The notes under the pieces: generated by a model
The model's input: only the letters and a program-made list of their open reading frames with translations
Told to the model about the DNA's origin: nothing
Database searches by the model: none
In this document: in pieces, positions 50,037 to 60,385 of the stretch
Layout: each line of letters begins with the position of its first letter
How positions within the stretch are numbered: position 1 is the stretch's first letter
Source of the DNA: Chlorobiota bacterium
Lineage (GTDB): Bacteria > Bacteroidota > Ignavibacteria > Kapaibacteriales > NICIL-2
Direction: 5' to 3'
Length of the DNA: 64,000 bases
Assembly: GCA_026415505.1 (NCBI GenBank)
Contig: JAOAGY010000031.1
Coordinates: forward strand, 13,163-77,162
Translations under genes and position numbers: made by a program

Positions 50037-51338
50037 ATGCGTATCGTCGTGATCGGTTCCGGTGGACGCGAGCATGCGCTCGTGCGAGCGCTCGCCGAGT
50101 CCCCGTCGAAACCGACGTTGTGGGCGATTCCTGGCAATCCCGGCATTTTCGAGCTTGCGCAGCCGACTGGCTTCGACAATCCGCTCGATACCGATTCGCT
50201 GGTGACGTTCTGTCGCGACAACGAGATCGACTTGGTCGTCGTCGGTCCAGAAGCGCCGCTGGCTGCCGGTGTTGCCGATCGTCTGCGGCTTGAAGAAATC
50301 CCAGTGTTCGGACCGTCGCAGGCGGCAGCGCGATTGGAATCGTCGAAATGGTACGCCAAGCGATTCATGGAACGCTACGGCATTCCGACGGCGCGATGGG
50401 AAAGCTTCACCGCCGACGAAGCCGACGAGGCACGAGAATACGTCACCACGCACGAACTGCCGCTCGTCGTCAAAGCCGATGGCTTGGCGGCGGGAAAAGG
50501 AGTCGTCGTCGCCAGCACGCGCGACGAAGCATTGGCTGCACTCGACCGCATGTTCAGCGGTGGATACGGCGACGCCGGCAAACGTGTCGTGATCGAAGAC
50601 TTCCTCTGCGGCGAAGAGGCGTCCGTCTTTGCGATCTGCGATGGGATGCAATACACGCTCCTTGCGCCGGCGCAAGATCACAAGCGGCTCTACGACGGCG
50701 ATCGCGGTCCGAACACCGGTGGCATGGGCGCGTATGCACCGGCGCCGATCGTCACTGCGAGCCTGCTCGAACAAATCGAGCAGCGTATCGTCGCGCCGAC
50801 ATTGCAAGGCATGGTCAGCGAGAATGCGCCGTTCGTCGGTTGTCTCTACGTCGGACTGATGATCGCCGATGGCAAACCGTACGTCGTCGAGTACAACGTC
50901 CGCTTCGGCGATCCCGAAACGCAATCGGTGCTGGAAGTCTTCCGCGGAGATTTCGCACGGTTGCTCTACAGCGCTGCACGTGGGCGTTTGGATCGCAGCG
51001 CGATCGTCAAGGTTGCCGACGGCTGGAGCTGTACCGTCGTACTGGCGAGCAAAGGCTATCCAGGCAAATACGAAACGGGTTTCCCCATCAGCGGTATCGA
51101 GAAGGCACAGCAACTGGCGCGCGTCTATCATGCCGGTACCGCACGCGATGCAGCGGGCACGTTGATCACAGCCGGCGGTCGTGTGCTCGATGTGACCTCG
51201 CACGCACCGACGCTGGCTGATGCCATCGAGCGTTGTTATCGTGCGGTCCAGTGCATTCGGTTCGAGAACGTGTACTACCGCACCGATATCGGCGCGCGCG
51301 CACTCCGAACGCAGCACCTTTTGGAGGAGAACCAGTGA
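50037..51338 (+). CDS. purD: phosphoribosylamine--glycine ligase
   Basis: MRIVVIGSGGREHAL...ATP-grasp motifs. Confidence 0.9.
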   Translation: MRIVVIGSGGREHALVRALAESPSKPTLWAIPGNPGIFELAQPTGFDNPLDTDSLVTFCRDNEIDLVVVGPEAPLAAGVADRLRLEEIPVFGPSQAAARLESSKWYAKRFMERYGIPTARWESFTADEADEAREYVTTHELPLVVKADGLAAGKGVVVASTRDEALAALDRMFSGGYGDAGKRVVIEDFLCGEEASVFAICDGMQYTLLAPAQDHKRLYDGDRGPNTGGMGAYAPAPIVTASLLEQIEQRIVAPTLQGMVSENAPFVGCLYVGLMIADGKPYVVEYNVRFGDPETQSVLEVFRGDFARLLYSAARGRLDRSAIVKVADGWSCTVVLASKGYPGKYETGFPISGIEKAQQLARVYHAGTARDAAGTLITAGGRVLDVTSHAPTLADAIERCYRAVQCIRFENVYYRTDIGARALRTQHLLEENQ

Positions 51339-52336
51339 AGGTCCTGGTCACTGGCGGCGCAGGCTTTATCGGATCGCACATTGCCGAGGCATACCGCAAC
51401 GCTGGTCATCACGTGGTGGCGATGGATACGCTCGTTGCTGGCTCGCGCCAGAACGTGCCCGACGGTGTGCGCCTGGTCGAGATGGACATTCGTGACCGTA
51501 CTCTCGGTGATTTCCTCGCAGCGGAACGATTCGACGTCGTCAATCATCATGCTGCGCTCATCAGTGTGCCGGAGTCGTTTCGCGAGCCGGTCGAATATGC
51601 GTCGGTGAACGTCGTCGGCACTGTCAATCTTCTCCGCGCGGCAATCGAATCCGGTGTGCGTCGGTTCATCTTCGCTTCGACGGGAGTTCTTTACGCCGAA
51701 AGCGATCGTTTGCCGTACACGGAAAATCATCCTCTTGCGCCGCTCGATCCCTACGGTGCCTCGAAGTTGGCTGCCGAACATTTCATCGCGACGATAGCGG
51801 CACAGCACCCGACGTTGCGAGCGATCGTGCTCCGCTACGGCAATGTGTACGGACCGCGTCAGCGCGTCTATGGCGAAGGCAATCTCGTGGCGGTTTGCGC
51901 GACGAAACTTTCGAGCGGTCAGCAGCCGACGATTTTCGGCGACGGTACTCACACGCGCGATTACGTGTTTGTGGGCGATGTCGCCGAGTTGAACACGCTG
52001 TTGCTCGATGCACCGATCGCCGGGACGTTCAACGTCGGGACCGGTGTCGAGCGGAGCGTCCTCGATGTCTATCGCACCGTTGTCGAAGCCAGCGGCGCTG
52101 AATTCGCGCCTCGGTTCGGTCCGTCGCGGACCGAGCACGCGAGAATCGCACTGTCGCCGTCGTCGCTCGCTGCGGCGCTCGCTTGGACACCGCCGACATC
52201 GTTCGAGGACGGAATACGTCGAACCGTGGAGTGGTTCCGAACACGTTCCACTGCAGGCAACGCCGATGCAGCATGTACCGAATCTCGTCTCGGCAGCGCG
52301 ACTGTTGCTGGTCGTGCCGCTGGTCTGGGCGATTAG
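51335..52336 (+). CDS. NAD-dependent epimerase/dehydratase (UDP-glucose 4-epimerase-like)
   Basis: GTG start overlapping the purD stop. VLVTGGAGFIGSHI...YGASKLAAE (YxxxK). GGAGGAG Shine-Dalgarno-like sequence upstream. Confidence 0.8.
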   Translation: MKVLVTGGAGFIGSHIAEAYRNAGHHVVAMDTLVAGSRQNVPDGVRLVEMDIRDRTLGDFLAAERFDVVNHHAALISVPESFREPVEYASVNVVGTVNLLRAAIESGVRRFIFASTGVLYAESDRLPYTENHPLAPLDPYGASKLAAEHFIATIAAQHPTLRAIVLRYGNVYGPRQRVYGEGNLVAVCATKLSSGQQPTIFGDGTHTRDYVFVGDVAELNTLLLDAPIAGTFNVGTGVERSVLDVYRTVVEASGAEFAPRFGPSRTEHARIALSPSSLAAALAWTPPTSFEDGIRRTVEWFRTRSTAGNADAACTESRLGSATVAGRAAGLGD

Positions 52337-52796
52337 CACCGATCGTGCGACACTTGCGCTGGTGCTCGGCGTCGTTGCGCTCGCCAGCGATGCGCTCGAT
52401 GGCATAATCGCCCGGCGCTACGGGGTCGAATCCGAACTGGGACGCATCCTCGATCCGCTCGCCGACAAAGTATTGGCTGCTGCCGTTGCACTGGCATTGC
52501 TGGTGCGCCAGGCGCTACCGTCGTGGTACGTCGTGGCAATCGTAGCGCGCGATGTTCTCATCGTCGCCGGTAGCGTTGTGCTGCGACCACGCATCGGACA
52601 TGTGCCGCCCTCGCTGCCGATCGGGAAAGCAGCAGCGACGAGCATCGGAATCGTCTTGCTCGCTGCGATCGCAGGTGTGCCGAGGGCAGCGATCGAATGG
52701 CTGGCGCTGGCGAGCACTGTGTTGCTGGCGTGGTCGCTGGCGGTCTATGCTGCACGTCTTCGGCAGCTCGTTCGTCGAGACAGGTTGTCCAACTAA
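52266..52796 (+). CDS. CDP-alcohol phosphatidyltransferase (PgsA-like)
   Basis: NLVSAARLLLVP...DALDGIIARRYGVESELGRILDPLADK = CDP-OH P-transferase motif D-G-x2-A-R-x8-G-x3-D-x3-D. Overlaps the 3' end of the upstream ORF by 71 nt. Confidence 0.65.
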   Translation: MQHVPNLVSAARLLLVVPLVWAISTDRATLALVLGVVALASDALDGIIARRYGVESELGRILDPLADKVLAAAVALALLVRQALPSWYVVAIVARDVLIVAGSVVLRPRIGHVPPSLPIGKAAATSIGIVLLAAIAGVPRAAIEWLALASTVLLAWSLAVYAARLRQLVRRDRLSN

Positions 52797-52810
52797 TCTC
52801 GCATAGTGCA

Positions 52811-53809
52811 GTGGGTTTCTTCGACAGTCTCAAAGCAAAGGTTCGTTCGGCTGCGCAGAAGGTCAGCGATGCGCTCTCGCTCGATCGTCTGACGGAAGGT
52901 TTGGCGAAAACACGGACGGCGATTCTCGGTCGGCTCGGTTCGTTGCTGCGCGGTCGAAAGCTCGACGAAGCGTTGCTTGCGGAACTCGAAGAAGCGCTCT
53001 TGCTCGCCGATGTCGGTGTCGCGACGACAGAGCGTATTCTCGACGGATTGCGACGCCGTGCGAAACAACTTCCCAGCGACGATCCCGACGCCGTGCTCGA
53101 TGCGATCAAAGCCGAGATCGCCGAACGGTTGCTTGCGACCAGCCAATCGAATCCGCCGCGTGCCGAACTGCCGAAGCCGTATGTCGTGATGATCGTCGGA
53201 GTCAATGGCGTCGGGAAAACGACCACCGTCGGCAAGCTCGCGCACAACTTTCAGTCGGAAGGCAAAAGCGTCATCATCGGTGCAGCCGACACGTTTCGTG
53301 CTGCTGCCAACGAACAGCTCGCCACGTGGGCAGAGCGTGCCGGTGTCGAGCTTGTCCAGCAACAGCGCGGCGCCGATCCCGCAGCGGTGGCGTTCGATAC
53401 GGTCAAAGCTGCCGTTGCGCGTGGGAAGGACGTATGCTTGATCGATACCGCTGGACGGCTCCACACCAAAGGCGGATTGATGCAAGAGCTGGAGAAAATT
53501 TCGCGCGTGATCAAAAAAGTCGTTCCCGATGCACCGCACGATGTATGGTTGGTGCTCGATGCGACGACCGGACAGAATGCCCTCGTTCAAGCGCGCGAGT
53601 TCGCCAAAGTCGCACCGCTGACGGGACTCATCGTCACCAAGCTCGACGGTACAGCAAAAGGCGGCGTCGTGCTGGCTATCGCCGATCAGATGCATCTGCC
53701 GGTTCGCTACGTCGGTGTCGGTGAACGCATCGGCGATTTGCAACCGTTCGATCCGATCGCTTTCGTCGAGGCGCTCTTTGCCGATTCGTCCACTTGCGAA
53801 CCTGCCTGA
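52811..53809 (+). CDS. ftsY: signal recognition particle receptor FtsY
   Basis: GTG start giving VGFFDSLK. GVNGVGKTTT, DTAGR, TKLDG are SRP-GTPase motifs. Confidence 0.85.
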   Translation: MGFFDSLKAKVRSAAQKVSDALSLDRLTEGLAKTRTAILGRLGSLLRGRKLDEALLAELEEALLLADVGVATTERILDGLRRRAKQLPSDDPDAVLDAIKAEIAERLLATSQSNPPRAELPKPYVVMIVGVNGVGKTTTVGKLAHNFQSEGKSVIIGAADTFRAAANEQLATWAERAGVELVQQQRGADPAAVAFDTVKAAVARGKDVCLIDTAGRLHTKGGLMQELEKISRVIKKVVPDAPHDVWLVLDATTGQNALVQAREFAKVAPLTGLIVTKLDGTAKGGVVLAIADQMHLPVRYVGVGERIGDLQPFDPIAFVEALFADSSTCEPA

Positions 53810-53819
53810 AGGTGTCGTC

Positions 53820-54425
53820 GTGCGCTGGTGGGGAGTCGGCAGAGGCTATTTCCGCAATGCAGTCGCCGTGGTGCTGTTCTTGCTGCTGGCGGCAACGTTG
53901 GTGCTGCTGCTGGTGCTCCGGCGAGCGTTGCAGCCGCTGATGATTACGGCGCAGCGTGACTTGCCGCCGCTGTCGGAACGAACGCTCGTGCGAAGCGATT
54001 CGGCATCGAATGCACCGACACTGGGCGATTGGATGGTGTTCGCAGCGGTGTGCGATAGCTGTATCGCGATGCTGCATTCGTCCCTGAGCGCAGCCGGCGA
54101 TACATGCGAGCGTGCCGAGCGCATCTATCGGCGCGTGCAGCGAGAGCTTGCGTCGCAACTCAATCGCTACGGATGGAGCGCTGCAGAATTCCGTGCATAC
54201 GAACGCCTCGCGCTCGCCGTCCATCGCGACAGCATTCCGTCGGCGTTTCGATGGATGCTGCGATGTCGGTCGCTACCGAAGCCGCGGTCGGCAGTGCACG
54301 GTGCCGATCTGGACTCGCTCCTGGAACAGCGCGTGCGCCAGATGCTGCGGGGACGCCTGTGGTGGATCGAACTCGGCTTGAGCAGTGACCCAACCGGTAA
54401 CAGCAGCGATGATGCTTGCAACTGA
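53820..54425 (+). CDS. hypothetical membrane protein
   Basis: GTG start. One strong TM helix (VAVVLFLLLAATLVLLLVL). No family recognised. Confidence 0.35.
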   Translation: MRWWGVGRGYFRNAVAVVLFLLLAATLVLLLVLRRALQPLMITAQRDLPPLSERTLVRSDSASNAPTLGDWMVFAAVCDSCIAMLHSSLSAAGDTCERAERIYRRVQRELASQLNRYGWSAAEFRAYERLALAVHRDSIPSAFRWMLRCRSLPKPRSAVHGADLDSLLEQRVRQMLRGRLWWIELGLSSDPTGNSSDDACN

Positions 54426-56301
54426 CCGTTGGGCTGCAGTGGCAATCTTTGCGGGGATGCTCTCGTGTGCTCTTGCAGCGAGCCAGCGCGACACCACCGC
54501 AACCGATTCGCTCGTTGCGCCGCTTCCGTACCACGGTGCTCCGAGCGCACTCGGTACGATCGAGCCGTACCGCTCGCTTACCAGAGCGAGCATCGCACAC
54601 GTGCCGTACCGAACACTGGAAGACGTGCTCCAGTGGCGGCTGCCTGCCTACGTTCTTTCGACCGGATCGCTCGGCGAGTGGAATCCGCCGCTGGTGCTGG
54701 GCGAACGCCCGCGCGATGGCGTTGCCGTCACCGATGGCATCGTTGCCACGAGCGCTGCTGTCGGCGCGTTTCCGCCGGCGCTGGCGATGCCGGAGTTCAT
54801 GGAACGACTCGATGTTCTCGTCGGTGCCGATGCTGCGGTGATCGCCGGTGCAAACGGCGGGACAGCGTACTGGTTCCAGCAGCCCTGGTACGATGTCGGC
54901 ACACCATATACGCGCGTGTGGTACTGCCAGTCCGCCTACGATTTCATCGCTACCGATGGAGTGTTGTCGCAGAACGTTGCGCCGAACGTCAATGCGACGC
55001 TCGGATTTCGCCGGCTCACCGGTCCGGGTCGCTACGACAATCAATGGCTCGACGCATGGAACACACGCGCGCTGGTGCGATGGAAACCGTCGCCACGGAC
55101 GAACATTTCGCTCGTGCATCGCTTCAGCAATTGGGGCATGGGAACGGGAGGCGGCGTCAATACTGCACTCTCGGACGATCCGACAAATGAACGTACAGCG
55201 ATCGTCGAGTACGAGCGGCTCGATCAACGCCTGTTTCGCCACGAGTTGCAATTGCTCGTGACCGATCGCGCCGGTCCGCAGCGAGTTCTCACAGCCAGTG
55301 CCGGTTTCCGCAACGAAGAGTGGAACGTCTATCGTTCGCCGCAGTTGGCGCTCGGTGCGGACTCGTCGGCGCATGTGCGATGGCTTACGCGTATGCTTGC
55401 CGCGCACGCGCGATGGGAAGAGCGATTCGACGAATCCATCGCGATGATCGCCGGCATCGAAGCGACGCTCGACCGCGGCACGCAATCGGACTACACAGCC
55501 CAGCTCGATGCGTGGCAAGTGGTGCCGTTCGGATACCTGCGCTGGCAGAGCGCATCGGCGCTCGTCGTCCGCGGTGGCGTTCGGGCGATGCTCCGCAATG
55601 GCACGGCATATCCCATCGCCGGTGCAGGGCTCGATTTCACGGCGGCGGGTGCAGCGATTTCGCTCGATGTTGCATCGAGCCTCCGCATGCCGTCGCAAGT
55701 CGAAGGGAACGTCGGTCCGGAGCGTGTTCAGTTGGCAATGGTGCGCGTGCGCAGCGGTGACTCGCTCGCTCGTATCGAAGTGACAGCGTACCTCCGCCGT
55801 CGCACCGATGCGATCGTCGCACAGCCGATTCTGCGCAGCGATACGATCGTCGGGGTCACCTATCGCAACAGGTCCGATGCGGCGATCGAAGGCGGTGCAA
55901 CGATCGGTTCCTCGCTCGTTATCGCTGGATTCCGCATCGAGCCGTGGGTCGTGCTGAGTTTCGAGGGTGCACGCAGCCTGCCGCTCCTCTATGCGACGCT
56001 TTCGATCGGTTACGAGTACCGCATCGGCAGAAATCGTCTCGTCGGCGAGATGTTCGTTCGCACGCGCACTGCGACACGTGCCGATCGCTTCGTTCCGCAG
56101 TCGTGGGCATTCGTGCCGGGCGACGATGTTCTGCCGGCGGCGTTCGATGGTGCAACGATCGCACTGTCGGCTGAGCTCGGCAATGCTGTCGTCAAGCTCG
56201 CGATGGGGAACATTCTGTCGTCGTACTATGCGACGCTCTCAACTTTTCCGCAACTTGACCGACATATTACGCTGAGCGTTGCGTGGACGTTTTTCGATTG
56301 A
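54385..56301 (+). CDS. hypothetical outer-membrane beta-barrel protein
   Basis: Signal-like N-terminus (AAVAIFAGMLSCALAAS). More than 600 aa with alternating beta-strand pattern. C-terminus ...LSVAWTFFD. Confidence 0.5.
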   Translation: MTQPVTAAMMLATDRWAAVAIFAGMLSCALAASQRDTTATDSLVAPLPYHGAPSALGTIEPYRSLTRASIAHVPYRTLEDVLQWRLPAYVLSTGSLGEWNPPLVLGERPRDGVAVTDGIVATSAAVGAFPPALAMPEFMERLDVLVGADAAVIAGANGGTAYWFQQPWYDVGTPYTRVWYCQSAYDFIATDGVLSQNVAPNVNATLGFRRLTGPGRYDNQWLDAWNTRALVRWKPSPRTNISLVHRFSNWGMGTGGGVNTALSDDPTNERTAIVEYERLDQRLFRHELQLLVTDRAGPQRVLTASAGFRNEEWNVYRSPQLALGADSSAHVRWLTRMLAAHARWEERFDESIAMIAGIEATLDRGTQSDYTAQLDAWQVVPFGYLRWQSASALVVRGGVRAMLRNGTAYPIAGAGLDFTAAGAAISLDVASSLRMPSQVEGNVGPERVQLAMVRVRSGDSLARIEVTAYLRRRTDAIVAQPILRSDTIVGVTYRNRSDAAIEGGATIGSSLVIAGFRIEPWVVLSFEGARSLPLLYATLSIGYEYRIGRNRLVGEMFVRTRTATRADRFVPQSWAFVPGDDVLPAAFDGATIALSAELGNAVVKLAMGNILSSYYATLSTFPQLDRHITLSVAWTFFD

Positions 56302-56416
56302 CCAACGGAAGGGCGACACAACGCTCGCTGCAGCAGACGCTGTAGCGCTCACCGGACGAGCACACGCGAAGGGAATCTCCTCGACGAGTACGGATGCTCC
56401 GCTACACCGAGCGACA

Positions 56417-56938
56417 ATGTCGAACATTGCACCTGTTCCGATGGAGCATCGCTATCCGACCGACGCAGAGCAAATGCGCGCGATCGAAGTGTGTCACGAA
56501 GCCTATCGCCTGCATCGCGAAGGACGTGTGGCAGAAGCGATCGAGCTGTACCGCCAGAGCATCCAGTTGCATCCGACTCCGGAAGCTCACACGTTCTTGG
56601 GATGGGCGTATTCGTACTTGGGCAAGTACACCGATGCGATCGCCGAATGTTTGCGCGCCATCGAACTCGACCCCAGCTACGGCAATCCCTACAACGATAT
56701 CGGCGTCTATCTGATGGAGCTCCGTCGCTTCGACGAAGCCGAAGAGTGGTTCGAAAAAGCGATCGCTGCGCCGCGTTACCAACTGCGGCATTACGCGCAC
56801 TACAACTTGGGGCGTCTCCACGAGCGTCGCGGCAAATGGCTGCGTGCCCTCCACGAGTACTACACAGCGCTGATGCTCGATCCGAGCTATCATCCCGCAG
56901 CGCTGGCGCTACTGAATCTGCAAGCGAAGCTGAACTGA
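56417..56938 (+). CDS. tetratricopeptide-repeat protein
   Basis: Four to five TPR-like units (AIELYRQSIQLHP, AIAECLRAIELDPSY, WFEKAIAAPRY, YYTALMLDPSY). Confidence 0.6.
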   Translation: MSNIAPVPMEHRYPTDAEQMRAIEVCHEAYRLHREGRVAEAIELYRQSIQLHPTPEAHTFLGWAYSYLGKYTDAIAECLRAIELDPSYGNPYNDIGVYLMELRRFDEAEEWFEKAIAAPRYQLRHYAHYNLGRLHERRGKWLRALHEYYTALMLDPSYHPAALALLNLQAKLN

Positions 56939-57148
56939 ACCGGCACTCGTGCTCGAACGTGCGGTATCGAATCGCCGCGTCAATTCCAACGCGGATCGAA
57001 GCGCAGCATCGGCGGTCGCATCGGCTGCTGACGATCGACAGCTTGCACCACCGGAATCGGCTCGCGCAGAAGCGGTCGTCGTTCGATCGTCGCCATTGCC
57101 AGCACCAGCGCGATAACCAGCGATGCAGCACCCTGGCGCAGCGAACCG

Positions 57149-58171
57149 TCAGTCGAGCGATGCCAAAAGCTCATTGACCAATTGCGTTGCTGTGACGTTT
57201 TCTGCTTCGGCTTGGAAATTGAGCACGATCCGATGGCGAAGCACCGATGCGGCGATCGCTTCGATGTCGGCGATTTCGGGCGTGAAGCGTCCGTCCAGTG
57301 CTGCGCGTGTTTTCGCACCCAGAATCAGGTACTGCGATGCCCGCGGACCCGCACCGTAGCTCACATAGCGGCGGACGATGTCCAGTTGCGTCGTCTGCGG
57401 TCGCGTTGCCTGCACCAAGCGCACAGCGTAGCCGACGACGTTGTCGGCAACTGGCACACGACGAACGAAGTTCTGGAAGCGAACGATGTCGTCGGCATGG
57501 AGCACTTTCTCGACCGTCGGCATCGTTTCGAGTGTCGTCGTCTGGACGATGCGCACTTCTTCGTCGAACGAAGGATAGTCGAGTTCGAGCATGAACATGA
57601 ACCGGTCGAGCTGCGCTTCGGGAAGCGGATAGGTGCCTTCTTGTTCGATCGGATTTTGCGTGGCGAGAACAAAAAACGGCTCGTCGAGCGTGTACGTCGT
57701 GCCCGCAGCAGTGACGCGATGTTCTTGCATCGCTTCGAGCAACGCTGCTTGCGTTTTCGGCGGCGTGCGGTTGATTTCGTCGGCGAGCACGATGTTGGCG
57801 AAGATCGGACCGCGCACGAAGCGAAATTGCTTGGCACCGGTCGAGACGTTTTCCTCGATGACTTCGGTGCCGGTGATGTCACTCGGCATCAAGTCGGGTG
57901 TGAATTGAATGCGCGAGAACTTCAGATCGAGTGTATCGGCGATCGTGCGTACGATGAGCGTTTTTGCCAATCCCGGCACACCGACGAGCAAACAGTGTCC
58001 CCGCGCAAAGAGCGAAATGAGCAATTGCTCGATCGTGCGCTCTTGACCGATGATCACTTTGGCGACTTCGCTGCGCACGCGCGCGATCGCGGACTGAAGC
58101 TCGCGGAGCTGTTCGATGTCGGAACTCATGCCTCGATTCGTCGGTGGTTGAAACAACGGGGACGTTGACAC
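57149..58171 (-). CDS. MoxR-family AAA+ ATPase
   Basis: GHCLLVGVPGLAKT Walker A, VLADEINRTPPKTQAALLEAMQE, and a C-terminal MoxR-specific helical lid. Confidence 0.85.
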   Translation of the reverse strand: MSTSPLFQPPTNRGMSSDIEQLRELQSAIARVRSEVAKVIIGQERTIEQLLISLFARGHCLLVGVPGLAKTLIVRTIADTLDLKFSRIQFTPDLMPSDITGTEVIEENVSTGAKQFRFVRGPIFANIVLADEINRTPPKTQAALLEAMQEHRVTAAGTTYTLDEPFFVLATQNPIEQEGTYPLPEAQLDRFMFMLELDYPSFDEEVRIVQTTTLETMPTVEKVLHADDIVRFQNFVRRVPVADNVVGYAVRLVQATRPQTTQLDIVRRYVSYGAGPRASQYLILGAKTRAALDGRFTPEIADIEAIAASVLRHRIVLNFQAEAENVTATQLVNELLASLD

Positions 58172-58184
58172 ATCGGCGCCGAAT

Positions 58185-59517
58185 TTATTGTTGCTCTTCT
58201 TCGAGGAAAACTTCGCGCAGCTCGCCCAGCGGCGCCAGATCGCCTCGCAACCGCTCGACGTCGCCGACTGCTGCGACGATCAGCCGACGGGGATCGAAGA
58301 CGCGTTGTTGGACCGGGAGAAGATCGGTCGTGGCGAGCGTTCCGATGCGTGCAAGCAAACGGTCGTAGAAATCGCTCGGCAAATCGTGGAGCACCAGCTC
58401 GATCGCCATGGCTGCAATGGCATCGGGCGTTTCGACGCTTCGCCAAAAACTGCCGAAAAGGTACTGCCGTGCTTGGTGCAATTCGTCCTCGGTCAACGGT
58501 TCGGATGCCAAGCGGTGCCACTCGCTGCGGAGCAGTTCCATCGCACGCAGCACGTTGTCCGGAGTGGTGCTCGTCGCGATGGCGAACGTGCCGCTGCGCT
58601 TGGTGGCTGTCAATCCGCCGAACGCGCCGTAGGTGAGACCTTCGCGTTCGCGAAGAACGAAATTGATGCGCGAACGAAAGTGCCCGGCGAACGCCGTCGA
58701 AATGAGCAACGCCGCGGCATAGTCGTCGCTGGTGTACGGAACGGCACTGTGTCCGACGCGCAGCTCGACTTGCTCGGTGAACAAACCGCGTCCGATGCCG
58801 ATGGCTGGCGGCGGCTCCGGCGGTGGTGGTATTGCCTCTTTGGTTTCTCTGCCGAGACGTTCGAAACGCTGCTGGACTGCAGCGCAGATTCGCTCGACAT
58901 CGAAACGTCCGATCATCAGGATCAGCCATCCGCTGCTGTCGAGCAATCGTTCGTACCACGAGCGCAGAGCATCGAGTTCGATAGCAGCGATGGTCGTTGG
59001 AGTGCCGTTCGGTGGTCTGCTGGCGGGGTGATCGCCGTAGCGCAGCTTCTGGAAGATTCGCCGTGCGCGGTAGCTCGAATCAGCCAGCACGAGCGGAAAC
59101 GACGAGAGCTTCTGCTGGCGCACCCGCTCGAATTCGTCGGCATCGAACGCAGGTTCGAGGATGCACTCGGCAAGGAGTTCGATCAAGCGCTCGACGTGGT
59201 CCGGCAAACCGACGATGCCCATACCGAAGTTGGTCAGCGAGGTGCTCGTCTGCTGTGAGGCACCGAGCACGTCGATCGCGGTGGCAAGCTCGGCTTCGCT
59301 GCGACGGCTCGTTCCGCGCGTGAGCATCGCCGCTGCCAGTGTCGTCATGCCGGATACAGGCTCGGTCGCTGTGCCTTCGCGCACGAAGACCCCGATCGAA
59401 ACGGTCGTCGCTGTCGGCATCGGCACGAGCACGATACGCGCGCCACGGCTCGTCGCCGTGACGATCGGTTCAGGGAAGCGAAACGACGGAATTTCCAGAC
59501 GGAATGCCTTCGACACA
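58185..59517 (-). CDS. M16-family peptidase homolog lacking the HxxEH zinc motif (probably non-catalytic)
   Basis: Insulinase-like N- and C-terminal domains. The position of HxxEH reads GMTTLAAAMLTRGT (L-A-A-A-M). Start assigned to GTG around 59517 because the divergent SDR gene starts at 59611. Confidence 0.6.
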
Positions 59518-59610
59518 GTATTCAGCGCTGATTGGTCAACGCCGCAAAGATACCGCCGAGCGCGCAGCGTGGCTGTATTTTCGGCGTCCGCAGAACCATC
59601 AGCGAAAGCT

Positions 59611-60384
59611 ATGCGACCACTCGACCAAACGATCACACTCGTCACCGGTGCATCGAGCGGCATCGGTCGAGCCTGCGCCGAGGTGTTCGCCGAAGCAGGT
59701 TCGAACATCATCGCTGTCGCTCGTCGCAGCGAACGACTCGACGAACTTCGTGCTACGATCGAACAACGACACGGTGTCCGCGTGTTGCCGCTACAGTGCG
59801 ACGTTCGCGATCGCGATGCCGTGCGCCGGACGCTCGGGCAGTTGCCCGAAGGGTGGCGCTCGATCGACATCGTCATCAACAATGCAGGTTTGGCACGCGG
59901 ATTGGCGCCGATCCACGAAGGTTCGTTCGAGGACTGGGACGAGATGATCCAAACGAACCTGGTCGGTTTGCTCAACGTGCTCCGTGTCGTGCTGCCGCCA
60001 ATGGTCGAGCGCCGACGCGGCATGATCATCAACATCGGCTCGATCGCCGGACGCCAAGTTTATCCGAACGGGAACGTTTATTGCGCGACCAAGCACGCTG
60101 TCCGTGCCATTAGCGAGGCGATGCAGCTCGATCTGTGCGGCAGCGGCATTCGTGTGACGAACATCGATCCTGGCATGGTCGAAACGGAATTTTCGCTGGT
60201 GCGCTTTCACGGAAATACCGAGCGTGCTGCATCCGTCTATGCAGGCATGACGCCGCTGACAGGACGAGACGTCGCCGAGGTCGCGCTCTTTTGCGCGACG
60301 CGACCGCCGCATGTGAGCATTCACGACGTTCTCGTCATGCCGAGCGATCAAGCCAGTACGACCGTCGTTCATCGTCGCACGTAG
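59611..60384 (+). CDS. SDR-family oxidoreductase
   Basis: TLVTGASSGIGRA...NNAG...YCATKHAV (YxxxK). Confidence 0.8.
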   Translation: MRPLDQTITLVTGASSGIGRACAEVFAEAGSNIIAVARRSERLDELRATIEQRHGVRVLPLQCDVRDRDAVRRTLGQLPEGWRSIDIVINNAGLARGLAPIHEGSFEDWDEMIQTNLVGLLNVLRVVLPPMVERRRGMIINIGSIAGRQVYPNGNVYCATKHAVRAISEAMQLDLCGSGIRVTNIDPGMVETEFSLVRFHGNTERAASVYAGMTPLTGRDVAEVALFCATRPPHVSIHDVLVMPSDQASTTVVHRRT

Positions 60385-60385
60385 T

